The notes under the pieces: generated by a model
Databases searched by the model: none
The model's input: the letters and a program-made list of their open reading frames with translations, nothing else
What the model was told of the DNA's origin: nothing
Shown here: positions 31,754 through 44,800 of the stretch, one piece after another
Layout: each line of letters begins with the position of its first letter
Numbering within the stretch: the first letter of the stretch is position 1
Assembly (NCBI GenBank): GCA_016748015.1
Contig: JAAOMT010000031.1
Span: forward strand, 372,001 to 436,000
Direction of reading: 5' to 3'
Source: Geosiphon pyriformis uo1
Taxonomy: Eukaryota > Fungi > Glomeromycota
Length of the DNA: 64,000 nucleotides
Position numbers and translations under genes: made by a program

Positions 31754-32432
31754 TGTTATGAGTTAGAATAGCAAGCTAATGGATAGCAAGAGAGAACAGA
31801 ATTGTAAGATAATGAAAGAAATCAAAGAAAATTCAACTTCAAAGAATGAATTAAATGAGTATAGATTTAATATATGAAATCAGTTTCATAAAATATTTCA
31901 GTTGCTATACTTTTTAAAGAATAACCAAGAAATCTAAAGATAAAAAAATAGTCTGTACTGTCAACAAATAATTACATACTAATATAATTTTATGCTTCAT
32001 GTCAGCACTCTTAAAATTCAATATTAGGTATTAAATATATTCTTCAGTCATATTTTATTCAATAATCTTTAAATGCTACAATTACACATTTCAAAAAAAA
32101 GATAAGGAATAACCAACAAGTAATCATTTATTCTAAGATATTTAGATACTTGAAAGTAAGGAAAAAAAAATTAGCAATAAGAGAATAATTGAAATGAAAG
32201 TTGTAATTTTATTTTATTTTATTTTTTAATTCTTACATGTTTTTTTATAGTTAAAAGATTCATTACTTATATAGTTATCAAAAGTAGTTAATGATCAGGT
32301 CAATAACTAAGTCAATAATCAGATCAATGATTAGATCAATGATCATTATCTAAAAATAGAGTGACTAATTATATGACATTAGTGGCTAATATATGTAATA
32401 ATTAATAAGAAGTATAGGTTTCAATTATAACA
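31754..32432 (-). repeat. Gypsy-1 3' LTR
   Basis: TGTTA...TAACA; direct repeat of 38736-39389; preceded on the minus strand by purine tract ggagaggataa (32443-32433). Confidence 0.92.
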
Positions 32433-33059
32433 TTATCCTCTCCAAAAAGATTGAGCTCTGGCAAAATCAAAGCTATTTATAATGTAATCTAATTGAAAAG
32501 TTTTATCTAACTTAAAGCTAACTAGTTTGTTGAAGTTTTTTGTAGATAAGATATATAATACTTAAGACAAAATGAGTTTTATATCCAAGAGACCAAATTT
32601 TTGTATTAAAATTTTGGTTTTTTTAGCAATAGTTAAAATTCTTGAAACATCTAACTATATAATGTTCAAAATTTCTGTCTGTATTTTTGAAGTGGTTTTT
32701 TTTATGAGTTTTATATTCTCTATGATTTCTCCAAGATGACCATAGAGTTCTAATTGCCTTTTATATAACAAATTTTTGTTTATAGGCAAGATTTCTTAGA
32801 TGGCTTTTCCAATTATGCTAAAAGATGTGAATATAGCTGCTGTTATACTTTCTAACAAATATTTATCTATTTTGCTACCAATTTTTTCTCTTTTAATAGT
32901 AGTTTTCTTTGGTCTAATAACAGTATGTGTTCCACTGTTATTAATTATAGTAGTTTGTTTTCCAATAGTCAGAGTAGCATTTGAATAGTTTTTAATTTAA
33001 TACTTATAGAGAGTATAGAAAGTGTTTTGAATGTTTTGATCCAAAAAATAATTATTCAT
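32433..33059 (-). pseudogene. Third ORF (209 codons) of Gypsy-1 between integrase and 3' LTR, unknown function
   Basis: Manual translation from ATG 33059 to TAA 32433 stays in one frame with 4 internal point stops and ends DFARAQSFWRG*. Confidence 0.7.
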
Positions 33060-33119
33060 GTTGATTAAAAATACCTTTGTTTTGGGAATAGTGCATTTAT
33101 TTATATTTGACTTTTGCTG

Positions 33120-36100
33120 ATCATTTAGGTTAATATTACCACAACAGACAACCAATTAGGTTGTTTATAATATTTCTTAAGTTGTGTATTATGAACAGAA
33201 CAATTATTAAAGATTGTTCCAGATTAATCTTGAAAAATATAAGAATTATTGTTCAAAACTTTGTTGATTATAAAGGGTTTTTTCCATTAGTTAAAGAATT
33301 TATCATCATAAACATTGTTTCTGTCTAAATGATATTCTAATACTAAGTTATCAATACTTAAAAAAAGTGTTTTATAGGTTTTTTTTTTCTTAAGCTTTTC
33401 TTGAAACTGTTTTATTTTTTTAAAAGCAATTATTTGTGCTTCTATCAAAAAGTCAAGAATGGTACCAAGTTTTTTTTGCAAAATGTCTTTGTAATTTTCT
33501 ATTGTGATCTCTTCAAAGAATATTGTCTTAATATTAGTTTCTATTGGTAGTGTTACTATGTATCCATAGAACAGATAAAAAAGTTTATAACTTGTTATGT
33601 TATGATTCACAGTTCTATAAACAAACAAAGCTAAAAGCAGTACTTTGTTTTATAAGTTTGTTTTTTCACTGGTTTTGGTTAGGGTTTCATATAATGTTCT
33701 ATTGAAATATTCTACTAGGCCATTTGTTTAGAAGTGGTAGGTAGAAGAAAGTTTGTAATGTATTTCCATTTTTCTGCAAAGTTCTTTAACCAGTATACTG
33801 AGAAAAGCTTTTTTTCTATTAGATAAAAGTTTTTTGGAACAGCCATAACAGCAAATAATATTTTCATAAATAAAATTGACTATTGAGACTGCTGTTTGAT
33901 CTGAAGTGGCTCTTGTTTCTACCTATTTTGTAAGATAATCAGTAACTATGATAATATATCTATTGCCATCAAAAGTTATTGTTAAAGATCCAACAACATC
34001 TATATCAATTCTGTCAAATGGTTGATCAACAGAAATTGGATGGATATCTTTTTTGCAATTAGGTTTGTCTCTTCTTTGGCAGATATCACAGGTTTTAATG
34101 TATTCAGCAATGTCCTTTCCCAAGATAGATCAATAATAGTGAGTTAAAGTTTACTGAATTGTTTTTGTTTTTCCAAAGTGTCCAGCTAATGGGTTAGTGT
34201 GTATGTTGTATATTACAATTTTTCTTTCTTCAAATTTGATGACTTTTTGAGAGCAGTCAGAATCTTTTCTGTTTCTTTTATATAATTAGTTCTGGTGGAT
34301 TAAATAGAAATTTGATTGTTTGCATAAATGTTCTCTTTGCTGTTAAGTGTATTCTGGTGGATATTGTCCTTTACCTAAAAATTTCATTAAAGCAGAGTAG
34401 CTGTTCAAGTCTATTATTATGTTTGTTTGTGAAGAAGTTACTAATAATTAGGTTGGTTTGGTTTAAGAGATTGTACTATCACTGGATAGTAAGTCTAAAA
34501 AAAGCATTGGTGTTTTGATGATTTGCTTTTTTGTAATATTGAATATTATAGTTAAATTCATCCAAGTGGAGTATCCAGTAAGTTATTTGTTTGTGTTCCA
34601 GCTTCTTTTTATTGCACAGCCAAACCAAGGCTTGATAATCTGTTACTACTAAGAATTTTACATCAAGAAAATATTGATCCCAGTAACTAGTAGTCCAAAC
34701 TACTGCTAAACATTTTTGTTCAGTTATTGAATAGTTCTTTTCTGCTGGTGTGAAAGTTCTATTGACATATACTATAGCATATTCTCTGCCATTTTTATTT
34801 TTTTGTGAGAAGACAACACTAAGTCTATAGCCAGAAGTATCAGTGTAGAAAATAAAAGATTGGTTTAGATCAGGTTGCTTAAAGATTGGTTTAGTAACAA
34901 GTTTTTCTTTCAGAATTTCAAAAGCTTTTTGTTGATAAGTGCCTTAGTAGTAATTGACATTTTTTCTGAGTAGCTAATTGAGAGAAAAAACAATTTTGGA
35001 GAAATTTTTAATAAATTTATGATAATAAGAAGCCAAACCAAGAAAAGAGCATAGTTCAGAAACATTCATTAGTTGTCTAATGTTCTGGACTTTTTCAATC
35101 TTAACTGGATCAGAAAAGATTTCATCTTTTGTAATAAGATGACCAAGGAACTAGATGAATTAATGTCCAAAGAAAGATTTGATTAAGTTGATCTTAAGGC
35201 CAGTATTTTCGAGCAGATCAAAAACCTTTTGCAAATGTTCAAAGTGTTCATCTCAGGTTTTTGAGTAGACCATTATGTTATCTAAGTAGACCAAAACAAA
35301 GTTTTCTTTTACTGATTTAAATACTTTGTCCATTAAGCATTGAAAGATGGGAGGAGTATTGGTAAGACCAAAAAAATGATTGTAAATTTATAGGTGCTAT
35401 ACTTGGTAATGAAAGCAGTTTTTTTTCTGCTTTCTGAATTTATTTCTACTTGCCAGAATCCAGCAGTTAAATTAATAGTTAAGAAAAAAGCAGCATCATT
35501 GAATTTGTCTAATATTGTATTAATTTTAGGGAGTAGGTATATGTCTCTTATAGTGATGGTATTTAATTGGTGGTAGTCAACACAAAAGCATAAGGTTCCA
35601 TCTTTTTTGGATACTACTACAACTAAAAAAGTTCATTTACTCTTGGTTTTGTGTATGAATTCAAGATTTTTTATCCAGTTTATCTCTTTTTTGATAAACT
35701 TATCATTGTATCAATTGGATTGATAAGGCTTCAAATGGATGTAACAAGTTTCTTTGGTGGTAATGGTGCATTGTATCACATGAGTTCATCCAGAGGTGTT
35801 ACTTTTTTTTGAGATAACTGGGTTATTTCTAGCCAACAGATTTTCAATGTCTATTTTTTTTTTTTAGGAGAAAGTTCTTTTTGTTCTATAACTAGTGATT
35901 GGATTTCAGATGATTCATTCTCAAAAAACTTTTGTACTTTTTTTAGTTTTTCTTTGGGTATCAAACTAATTGGCTCCCAATCTTTGTAATAGATTAGGCA
36001 GGACTTGTATTTATTATTAGAAAAATACAAAAATTTATTGCACCAGCATCTAATGCAAAGACTATGCCACCAATAACTGTATTTTGCTTTCTTGCCAGGT

Positions 36101-38683
36101 TTTTTATCAAAAATTCTTCTAAGAATATCATAGTAGGGTCAGCAGATTAGCTTGCCATTTATCATGATTCTTTTTTTGTTAACTTTAATATTGTTTAGTG
36201 GCTTGTCATTGCTGGTAAAGATAGTATATATAAATTTAGCAGATTTTTCTTGTTCTTTTTAATTTTTTTTTCATTACTCTTATCATCATCTGATTCATCT
36301 GTTTGTTTTTTTTCTTGGTTTTGCTTGGTTACTGGAAAAGTTGTTCAATAATGACATTTAACCACAATAAGTTTCTCACCACATCTAATGGTTAGCTTAC
36401 AAAGTTTATAATCAAGTAATGCTTTGGCTTTCTTAAACCACTCATTGCCAACAATTATGGTGTACTTTTTTGCTTCAGATACTTTTATGTCAGTTTCAAT
36501 GTTGATACCATTGATGCAAACAGAAATAGCTTTGGCTATACCTAGACCTTTTTTTTTGTCACCATGTACATTGGTCATTAACTGGGTAAAAAGTTCATTA
36601 ATCTTTCTGCCAATCATTTCAAAAAAATGTTTGACAATAATACTAACAGATAATCTACTGTCTAAAATCAGATCAATAAAGTAACCAGCTATTTGGGCTT
36701 TGCAGATTAGAGGAGTGACATTACTGTTGTCAGCAAGTTCAGCTTGACAAAGACACTTGTTGGTTTTTGGAGTTTTTTTCTTTGGAATTAATAATTTGCA
36801 AAGATTTTTTCTAAACTGTAAATGGGTCATTAACTGGCCAAAAGTAATATGTGCTGGGATTTCTATAAGATTTTTTACAAAGGAATAGGGTCCAGATTTT
36901 TGTACAATTTTTGAGGGTTTCAACTTTGGAGAATTCTTAAAAACTTTAGTCTTTGGTGACTTATTGTTATCAGCAGTAGAAGTTAAGGCTTTGTTGAAAT
37001 CTAGAATAAAATTAATCTTAACTTTCTTCTTCTTTCTTATTAAGTCAGAAGTATTAATTGCCAAGTCATTATCAGTTAAGTTAAAAGCATAAAAGAGGTT
37101 TTTTTTTGGTTGGCTTGTACTCTCACTCTTTGAAGATACATTTACTAATTTAAAGACTGATAAACAGTAGCTTTAATTAGGAAATTTTTTCCAAAGAAAT
37201 TAATGTTGGCATGATTGGACTTTTGATTAGGGGCATTGTTGTTAATGGTTTTGTTGGTTTGATTGTCATTGTTTCTAAAAACTGAAGGAGGCAATGGAAA
37301 ATTGTTGCAATATTTGGAAAAATGCCCAGTTAATCCACAGCAATAGCATACAAGTAGGCCATAATTTTGCTGTCTTTGATAAGGAGGCTGCTAAGGCTGA
37401 TTAAAACATGATTCAAATCTAGGTCTTTGTGGTTGCTGATTGTCTTTAACTGCTTGGGCTAATAATTTTAATAATCAAGCAAAATTTGCTGTAAGTCTAT
37501 CTATTAACTGTTCATTGGAATTTTGAGTTTGGATGGCAAAAAAGGTAGCAGCTATTTGTGGAGCAGAAGCCATAACAGAAGCAGAAGCAAAAACTGGAAA
37601 GGTGAATCTTAGATGCATTTTTTGGTTATCTTCTATTTTTTGGACAAGTTCAATAGCTATATCTATTGTGGAATTATCTTTCAAGACCAGAAAGAGCCAA
37701 AAAGCATATGATAGATCTGTTCTCAATCCTTTTGTAAAGGAATAAATCTTTTGTTCTTCTGTTTAGTTTCTTTCAGAGTCTACTCTTTTAATTAACTTTC
37801 TGATGGTTTTGGCATATTTAGTTACTATTTCACTAAAACCTTGGGTTTTTTTTTCTAGTTCCATGCATTATTTAGATATTAAGATAGGAGTTCTAAATTT
37901 TATTTTAAATCAGGTAATAAAAAAGATGTTGTTTTTTTCAGCATTTGCTAGTGCCCATCTAATGATTTTTTGTTGAGCATTGGTATTAGTTTTTTGTAAA
38001 AACCAAGTAGCAGAAAAGCCTTAAAGATAGCCACCAACAATTTGAAACTTGTATTTATTATCATATTGGTTGACTGTAACAGCTCTTTTAAAGTCATTCA
38101 ACCATTCAATTGGATCTTATATATCATTTCTGAATAATAGTAGTAAGATATTGTTTCTTCACTTTAAAGCAATTTGTATGCCTTGGAGAGCAATCAAAAT
38201 GTTTTGTTGTATAGAGTCATTAGCCATTGATTCAGGAGTAACTGTTTGTGTAAAATGTTCTGATTTACTTAAGAAGAGATCAAAAACAGGAGCAGTTTGA
38301 TAGTTTTCTTTTTCTGTTTCAGCTAACTGGTGGACAGCAATTCAGATGTGAATTTGGTGATTTAAATATTCGAAATCAAGAGGCTGTTGTTCAAAGATTG
38401 TGAAATATAAAAGCTGATTAATGTTGTTGTTTTTTTTTTCAAAGTTGTTTTCAAGATAAGCTTGGTCAAAGTAGTAAGTTGTATAGGCTGTGTAGGTTTC
38501 AGCTGAATGCTTGTTCAAAAACCAGTTCCAAAAATTTTGGAATTGTCTACTGAGTTGTTTTTCAATGGAAAAGCAAATCAAGCAGAAAAGCAAAAAATTG
38601 AGTTCAATAAAGTTTAGATCATTTTTGTTGTGTGCTTCAAAGTGTTTTTCTGATTGTTGTGGCAAATATAAATAATCACTCAT
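33120..38683 (-). pseudogene. Gypsy-1 gag-pol (degenerate)
   Basis: Gag knuckle CYCCGLTGHFSKYC (~37307-37348), protease LILDSR (ORF 36345..37064), RT VYLDN (~35285), RNase H FYTDTS (~34845), integrase H..GH/CDIC and PFDRIDID (ORF 33923..34123). Confidence 0.9.
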
Positions 38684-38712
38684 ACAATAAGAAACAAAGT
38701 GGATTTTGACAA

Positions 38713-38729
38713 CCTCACAGGGAGCACCA
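38713..38729 (-). other. Primer binding site of Gypsy-1 (tggtgctccctgtgagg), probably tRNA-Ile(UAU)
   Basis: Starts with TGG 6 nt inside the 5' LTR. The complement cctcacagggagcacca resembles the eukaryotic tRNA-Ile(UAU) 3' end (cctcacctggagca-cca, from memory). Confidence 0.7.
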
Positions 38730-38735
38730 CTTTTA

Positions 38736-39389
38736 TGTTACAGGTTGAAATAACAAGCTAATGGATAGTAAGGGAGAACAGGATTGTAGAGTAATGAAAG
38801 AGATCAAAGGGAATTCAACTTTAAAGAGTGAATTAAATAAGTATGGATTCAATGTGTAAGATCAGTTTTATAAAATATCTTAGTTGCTATATTTTTCAAA
38901 AAATAACCAAAGAATCTGAAGATAAAGGGATAGTCTGTACTGTCAACAAATAATCACACATTGGTATAATTTTATGTCTTATATTAGTACTCTTAGAATT
39001 CAATATTAGGTATTAGATATACTTTTTAGTTACATTTTATTCAATAATCTTCAAATACTACAATTACATGTTTCAAAAAAAGAGTAAAAAATAACCAACA
39101 AGTAATTTTTTATTCCAAGATGTTCAGATACTTAAAGATAGAAAAAAGGAAATTAGCAATAAGAGAATGATTGAAATAAAAGTTGTTATTTTATTTATTT
39201 TTTTCTTTAATTCTTACATGTTTTTCTATAGTTAAGAGATTCATCACTTATATAGCTATTAAAAGTGGTTAATGATCAGGTCAATAATTAAGTCAATAAT
39301 CACTATCTAAAAATAAAGTGACTAATTATATAATATCAATGGCTAATATATGTGATAATTAATAAGAAGTATAGATTTTAACCATAATA
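38736..39389 (-). repeat. Gypsy-1 5' LTR
   Basis: Direct repeat of 31754-32432, differing mostly by transitions. Confidence 0.92.
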
Positions 39390-40000
39390 ATATTATGATA
39401 AAACTTTTTATTAATATTTTAATATAAGTTTTTTTTAAATTTTTGATATTATTATATGTTTATGTACTTTTTTTTAAAAACTAATCTGAAATTTATTTAT
39501 TATTATAAAGTTTTTTTAAAATTATTCTTATAATTATTTAAAGTATTTTTTAATTTAAATATAGAATTACAATAAAAAAAAGTAGTCTAATTAATAATAA
39601 TATATTTAATCTTTATAATTTACATGATTTAACTAATAATTTATTTTGTAAAATAATTAGTATGTTTAATATTGTTAAAACTTTTGCAATTAGTTTTAGT
39701 TTATATAAATATCTGTTTTTTCTGGTTTAAATAATAATAATAATAATAATAATATAAATATATAATATAGTTTTAATTGGTTCAAATGATTGGTTATATA
39801 TAACAAATATGTAAATTATATTTAGTTATAAATAATAAAAAATAAAAAACTTCTTTCTCTCCTACATCCTAAATTTCTGAAAAAGTGCATTTGTTAAAAA
39901 AAGTTTTTTACTGCCTTTATTTTCTATTGCTATTCAGTTAAACACTTCACAATCTTTTCTGTTTGAATACAAGACTGCTGTTGGCAGTAGCATTTCTGTT

Positions 40001-41800
40001 ATGAAAAAAGTCAAAAAGAAGTTACTGTCTGATTCTGTTGTGGTTGATACTTTTTCTAGAAAAAAGCACAAGAGTGGTTTATTGAAAAAATCTGTTAAAG
40101 TGATCAGAATTTCTGCTAGTGGTGTCTTTGATGGTTTAGCTGAAAGTATAAGTAAAAATACTACTAAGTCAAAGAGTGTTGATATGGAAGAAAAGTATTT
40201 AATAGAGGAAACCAGCTTTCAGCAAGAAAGTAAGGGAGAATCTGGTGATGATAATACTGAAATAATGCCCAAAGGTCTCAAAAGAGTTGTTACTAAACAC
40301 ACTTTTGGAAAGTTTCTAGGTACTATTGACTTCAGCATGAAAAATGATGATAATAATAATGTTTTGGATGGGTTATTCTCTTTTTTTCTCTCTCTCAAAC
40401 ATGTGGTGCAGATCTTGGTCAGAAAGTTTTTTGCTCTGAATATTGATCTTGTGGTAGTGGCTGGCAATTTCTCTCAGAAAAAGTTGGCTTATGTCAAAAA
40501 AATTTTCTCTAATGTGAATAGTTTTGAAAGGGCTTCTACTCCCTTAAAATTTGGTGGGATCATCTGGGCTTTTTTTACTTCTGAAAAAACAATGATGGCT
40601 GCAGCAAAATTAGCAAATAATTATGATGTTGTGATAAACACTAATCTCAAGTGTCTTATCAACAATCATACAAATTGGGCAATTATGTTAAAAAAAAATC
40701 TGGTGGGAACATCTGTTAAGACTGTATGTACTGCTATAACTGAATTTGAAATCATCAAGTTGATCAAGATGCAGCTGGTTGGTCTATAACAGAAGATGAT
40801 TATTGAGTTGGATAATTAGAATTAAGCTGATTTTTTGGCTGCTGAGTGGTCTATTCTTGTTGGAAAAAATGCAGGGCAGATGGCCAGAGCTGATGTTAAT
40901 AAACAAACATGGAACTCCAAAGACAAGTTTAGAGCTTTGTTGTACACTTTTTCCATGAGTATGACTGCTCATGATATCTGGAAGTTTATTGGTTTAGTTG
41001 GTGAGAAAACTTGTATCATTGATCATAATCCTATTACCTATGCTTGCACTCACTGCACTACTGTGTGTTTTGGTTCTAAGTCAGATCTAAATAGTGCTTT
41101 GGATATAACCCCAATTATAAAAGAAGTTGGTCTTCACTGGTCTTGCTTGTTGCTCACTCTGTGTTCAGTCTGTAAGGCTTTGGGCTATACATTCCTCTTT
41201 TGTAGGACTTCAAGTGGTTTGTCAGTTTTTAGAAGCAAGAAGGCTCCTTTTTCAGTTCATGATCAGTTCAGACTGGCTAAGATTTATGAAAAAAAATCTG
41301 CATCTATCTTCCATCTCCTGTTTTTCAGTGACAAAACTTGGACTTTAGTAGTAAAAACCCCTTTAACAAATGTATTTCATAGTAATAAACCTCATTTTGG
41401 TTCCATCAATGATAGTAAACTCTTCTCTCCTATTGTGAACGAATTGGAATTACAGTTGATTAACATTGAAAGTAGTCTCACCAACCTTGTAGGACAAATT
41501 AGTGAGTTGGCTAAGAGGTTAGATTCACTTATGTTAGTAGTTTCTTAGCCTAATCTTGAATGTCAGCTGCTGATAACCTTCCTATTACAGAATCCAGAGA
41601 GTAATATAGTAATGAGAGTGGATTTGGATGAGATTACTAGTGGTAAGACTGCTGCTGTTTTGAATCTTTCTTTATCCTCTCATGTAGTTAAATTAGAAAA
41701 TATGTTAGAAAATCTTTTTGCTTCTATTTTGAGCTTGTCTACTCAATTTGATAGTTTGGTTCTGGCTGGTGATGTGTATTCTCAACTCTTTTCTCAATGA
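40001..41800 (+). pseudogene. LINE-A ORF1 (RRM-like, CxxC..GH-type knuckle, coiled-coil-like C-terminus)
   Basis: ORFs 40001, 40835 and 41612 are in one frame, broken by point stops. Confidence 0.88.
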
Positions 41801-44800
41801 CCAGTTCTGTTTGGAAAATTGCTACATGCAATGTCAAAGGAATGAACAATTCTGCAAAACAGGATAATATCATTTATTGGCATAAAGACATAGACAATTT
41901 GGTCTTTATTTTCACAGAATTAAAACTGAAAGGGAAGGTTTGCCCTTGGATTGTCAACAAATTTGATGGTGTTCAGGTGTTTACTTTTGGTTTGGAATTT
42001 GGATATCTAGATGCTGAGGTTGTGGTTGTTATAAACTCTTTTTTGGCAAGACATATATACAAAGTTTTTGAGGTGCCTAGTTGGTTTCTCTTTATTAAAT
42101 TACTTTTCAAAAATAAACTTTCTGTGTCAATTTTGGGGCTTTACACTGGTGCTTTTTCAGCAGTTTGGTTTTTTCAGACTGGTAATATTAACTCTCTTAT
42201 TGTAAAACCTATTAATGAGTCTTCTTTCATCATCCTTGGTGGTGATTTTAATAAGAATAGTTCTTATAAGTGTGCAAGTTTTCAAAAATGCCTTAATATG
42301 AGGCTGGTCAATTCTTTGGTAGATAGCTTGGCTGTGAAGAAACCTACTTGAGAAAATTCAAGAGGCATCATGAAAATGATTGATTACATGTTCATTTCTC
42401 CAAATCTGGTCAATATGATTGTATATTGTAATGTTTTGGATGTCAATAAACATTTTGACACAGATCACCAAGCTGTTTCTATGTCCATAAGTTTGAGTAG
42501 ACTTTTGGATACACAATTGAACTCTATTTGCAAACAAGTGAACAAGAATTGTTGGAAGTTTGATTTCAAAAGTGCTGATAAGAATAAGTGAAACTGTTTT
42601 AAAGATACCATGTTGGCCAATGCCACAATGTTCTCTGTTGAGTTTGCTGTTGCTGTTAAATTCTCAGATTTGGATGCAATGTGAGATATTGTTTGCAAAA
42701 TATTAATTCTTTCAGCTAATGAAGTATTTAAAAGGAAATAGTTCAAAGATTTTGATGGTGTCTTTATCAAAGATTCTTCAACATTTTACAAGTTGGAGCT
42801 TTTGGTTTCAAAGATTGTTAGGGCTTCTTGTGAGGAGAGTGCTGTTAATTTTGTTATTTTTATGAAGTGTTGGAGCTCCTTAGACAATATCAAATCTTTA
42901 GTTATTTAGGATCTTATAGACTCTGGAGCATGCTTTGATCATGTTTGTTCTGCTCTCTATGGGGTTAGAAAGTCTTATCATGCATCCAAGCTTGCAAAAT
43001 CTCTAAGAGCTAATAAAGCAAACATTAGATTTGCTATTAATAAGAGGATAGAAAGCTTTGCAACAAATAAGAGTCATATTATTAGGAGTGTACTGGAATA
43101 TCTTTTCCATAAGGTGGTGCTGAACCATCTGGTAGTTGATGACAAACTGATTTTGAAGCCTAATGTGGTTAAATTTAAGGTGGATGTAATTATGGAGAAT
43201 TGGACTAGAAAATGTAATGTGATTACTTATATCCCTGGTCTCATCAATATTAACCTTTGGAGTATGTCTTTAATAAAGTTTTTTCTGGTGTAATGTATTT
43301 AATTGAGTTTGATAAACTTTTTGGTGTGATTTTTAATCTATTTAATAGCAAAGCTACTGGTTTTTTGGATATTCCAAATAAGCTTTGGAAACATTGTGAC
43401 AGTTTGGTTCTAAATATGCTTTTAGTACTCTTGAATTCTTGTTTTTCTGGTGAATCAGTGTCTAGTTTTTGGAAAAAGACTTGGGTTTTGATGATTCCCA
43501 AACCATATGAGTGAAAAAAGGTTCTGACGAACACCTGGTCTATTGCCTTAATTGAAACTACTTGTAAAATCCTGTCCAAGATTCTCTCTGATAGGATTTT
43601 ATTAGCTTACAGCACTTTTGACATTTTTTATGGTAATAATTTTTCAGTTTTAAAAGGTACAACAACCCAGTTTTTTATTTTTGCAATTGGTTTAGTAGTG
43701 AAGAATGCTCTGGAGAAGAATCAGGAGCTTTGGCTGGTGTTGCAGGATATGTAAAAGGCATATGATTTGGTTGGCTGGAAACATCTTAAAAAGAGTTTGA
43801 TTAGGATCAAAATGTGTAACAAGTTTATTTAATTTTTTGGTAATGTTCATAGGAGTTATACCAATAGAGTTATAACTGATTTTGGTTTGATCAGTAGTTA
43901 TTGTGTCTATAATGGTTTAGATCAGGGTAAAGTTTTTTCTTCTCTTTTGTGGCATATATTTTATGATCCTCTTTTGTGCAAGGTCAAGAGACAGGAAAGT
44001 GTGTGTAAATATAGATTAAGTTCTCATTTTATTTCCAGAAATGATCATGCCAAATCTTGGGCTGAGCTTTCTTTTTTTTTTGTCACTGATGTCTTTGTTG
44101 ATAATACAATTTGGATTGGTAGCAGTTAGACTACTACTTAACATATTTTTAATATTGCTAGTGAATTTTTTCAAATCAATGACATTTTCATTAACAATAA
44201 CAAAATCATGACCATTTCTATTAATAGCAAGATTAATACTTCTTCTTTGTCTATTAGTGAATTGCTCATCTCTATTACTAAAAAAAGTGAATCTTATTAA
44301 TACTTGGGTATTTTTCTTTCAATAAATGGTCTCTCAAAGCCTAGTGTGGCTAAAGCACATTCAAACATTCACTTTTTTGTTAACCTGATTCTGAAAAAAG
44401 CCATCTCAGATAAGCAGTTCTTGTATTTGGTATTAGATGTTCTTCATTTTATTATTAGCTATAGAATGCAATTTAGTTTTGTTTTAGTTGGTATATATAA
44501 CAAATAAGATGCTTTGATTCATAAAGACTTGAAGTCCAAATCAGGTTTTTTTGCTAATTTTCCTAGCAATACAATCTATTACCCTTTATTTTATGGTTTG
44601 AAATTTTTTGTTCAACTTCAGTCTAAGAGTAAGATGGCTTTTCTTATCAGATTTGTGAATTCTGGTGGAATTTTGGGTCATTTGTTTGCTCACAAGTCTC
44701 ATGACTTGCAAGTTATGTGTTGGTGTCCTGTTTATTCTTTAAGTTTTTCTGTTTGTATTTGAATCAGCTTGTCTAATAACTTTTTGACAGCCATAGTTCA

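Larger units (their letters stand above)
31754..39389 (-). mobile_element. Gypsy-1: full-length Ty3/Gypsy LTR retrotransposon (degenerate), TSD ATAT
   Basis: Paired LTRs, PBS, PPT, and gag-PR-RT-RH-INT order on the minus strand. ATAT at 31750-31753 and 39390-39393. Confidence 0.95.

Noticed and set aside
38700-38735. tRNA gene (CCA-ending sequence)
   Set aside because: Only ~17 nt match a tRNA 3' end, adjacent to an LTR; it is the primer binding site.
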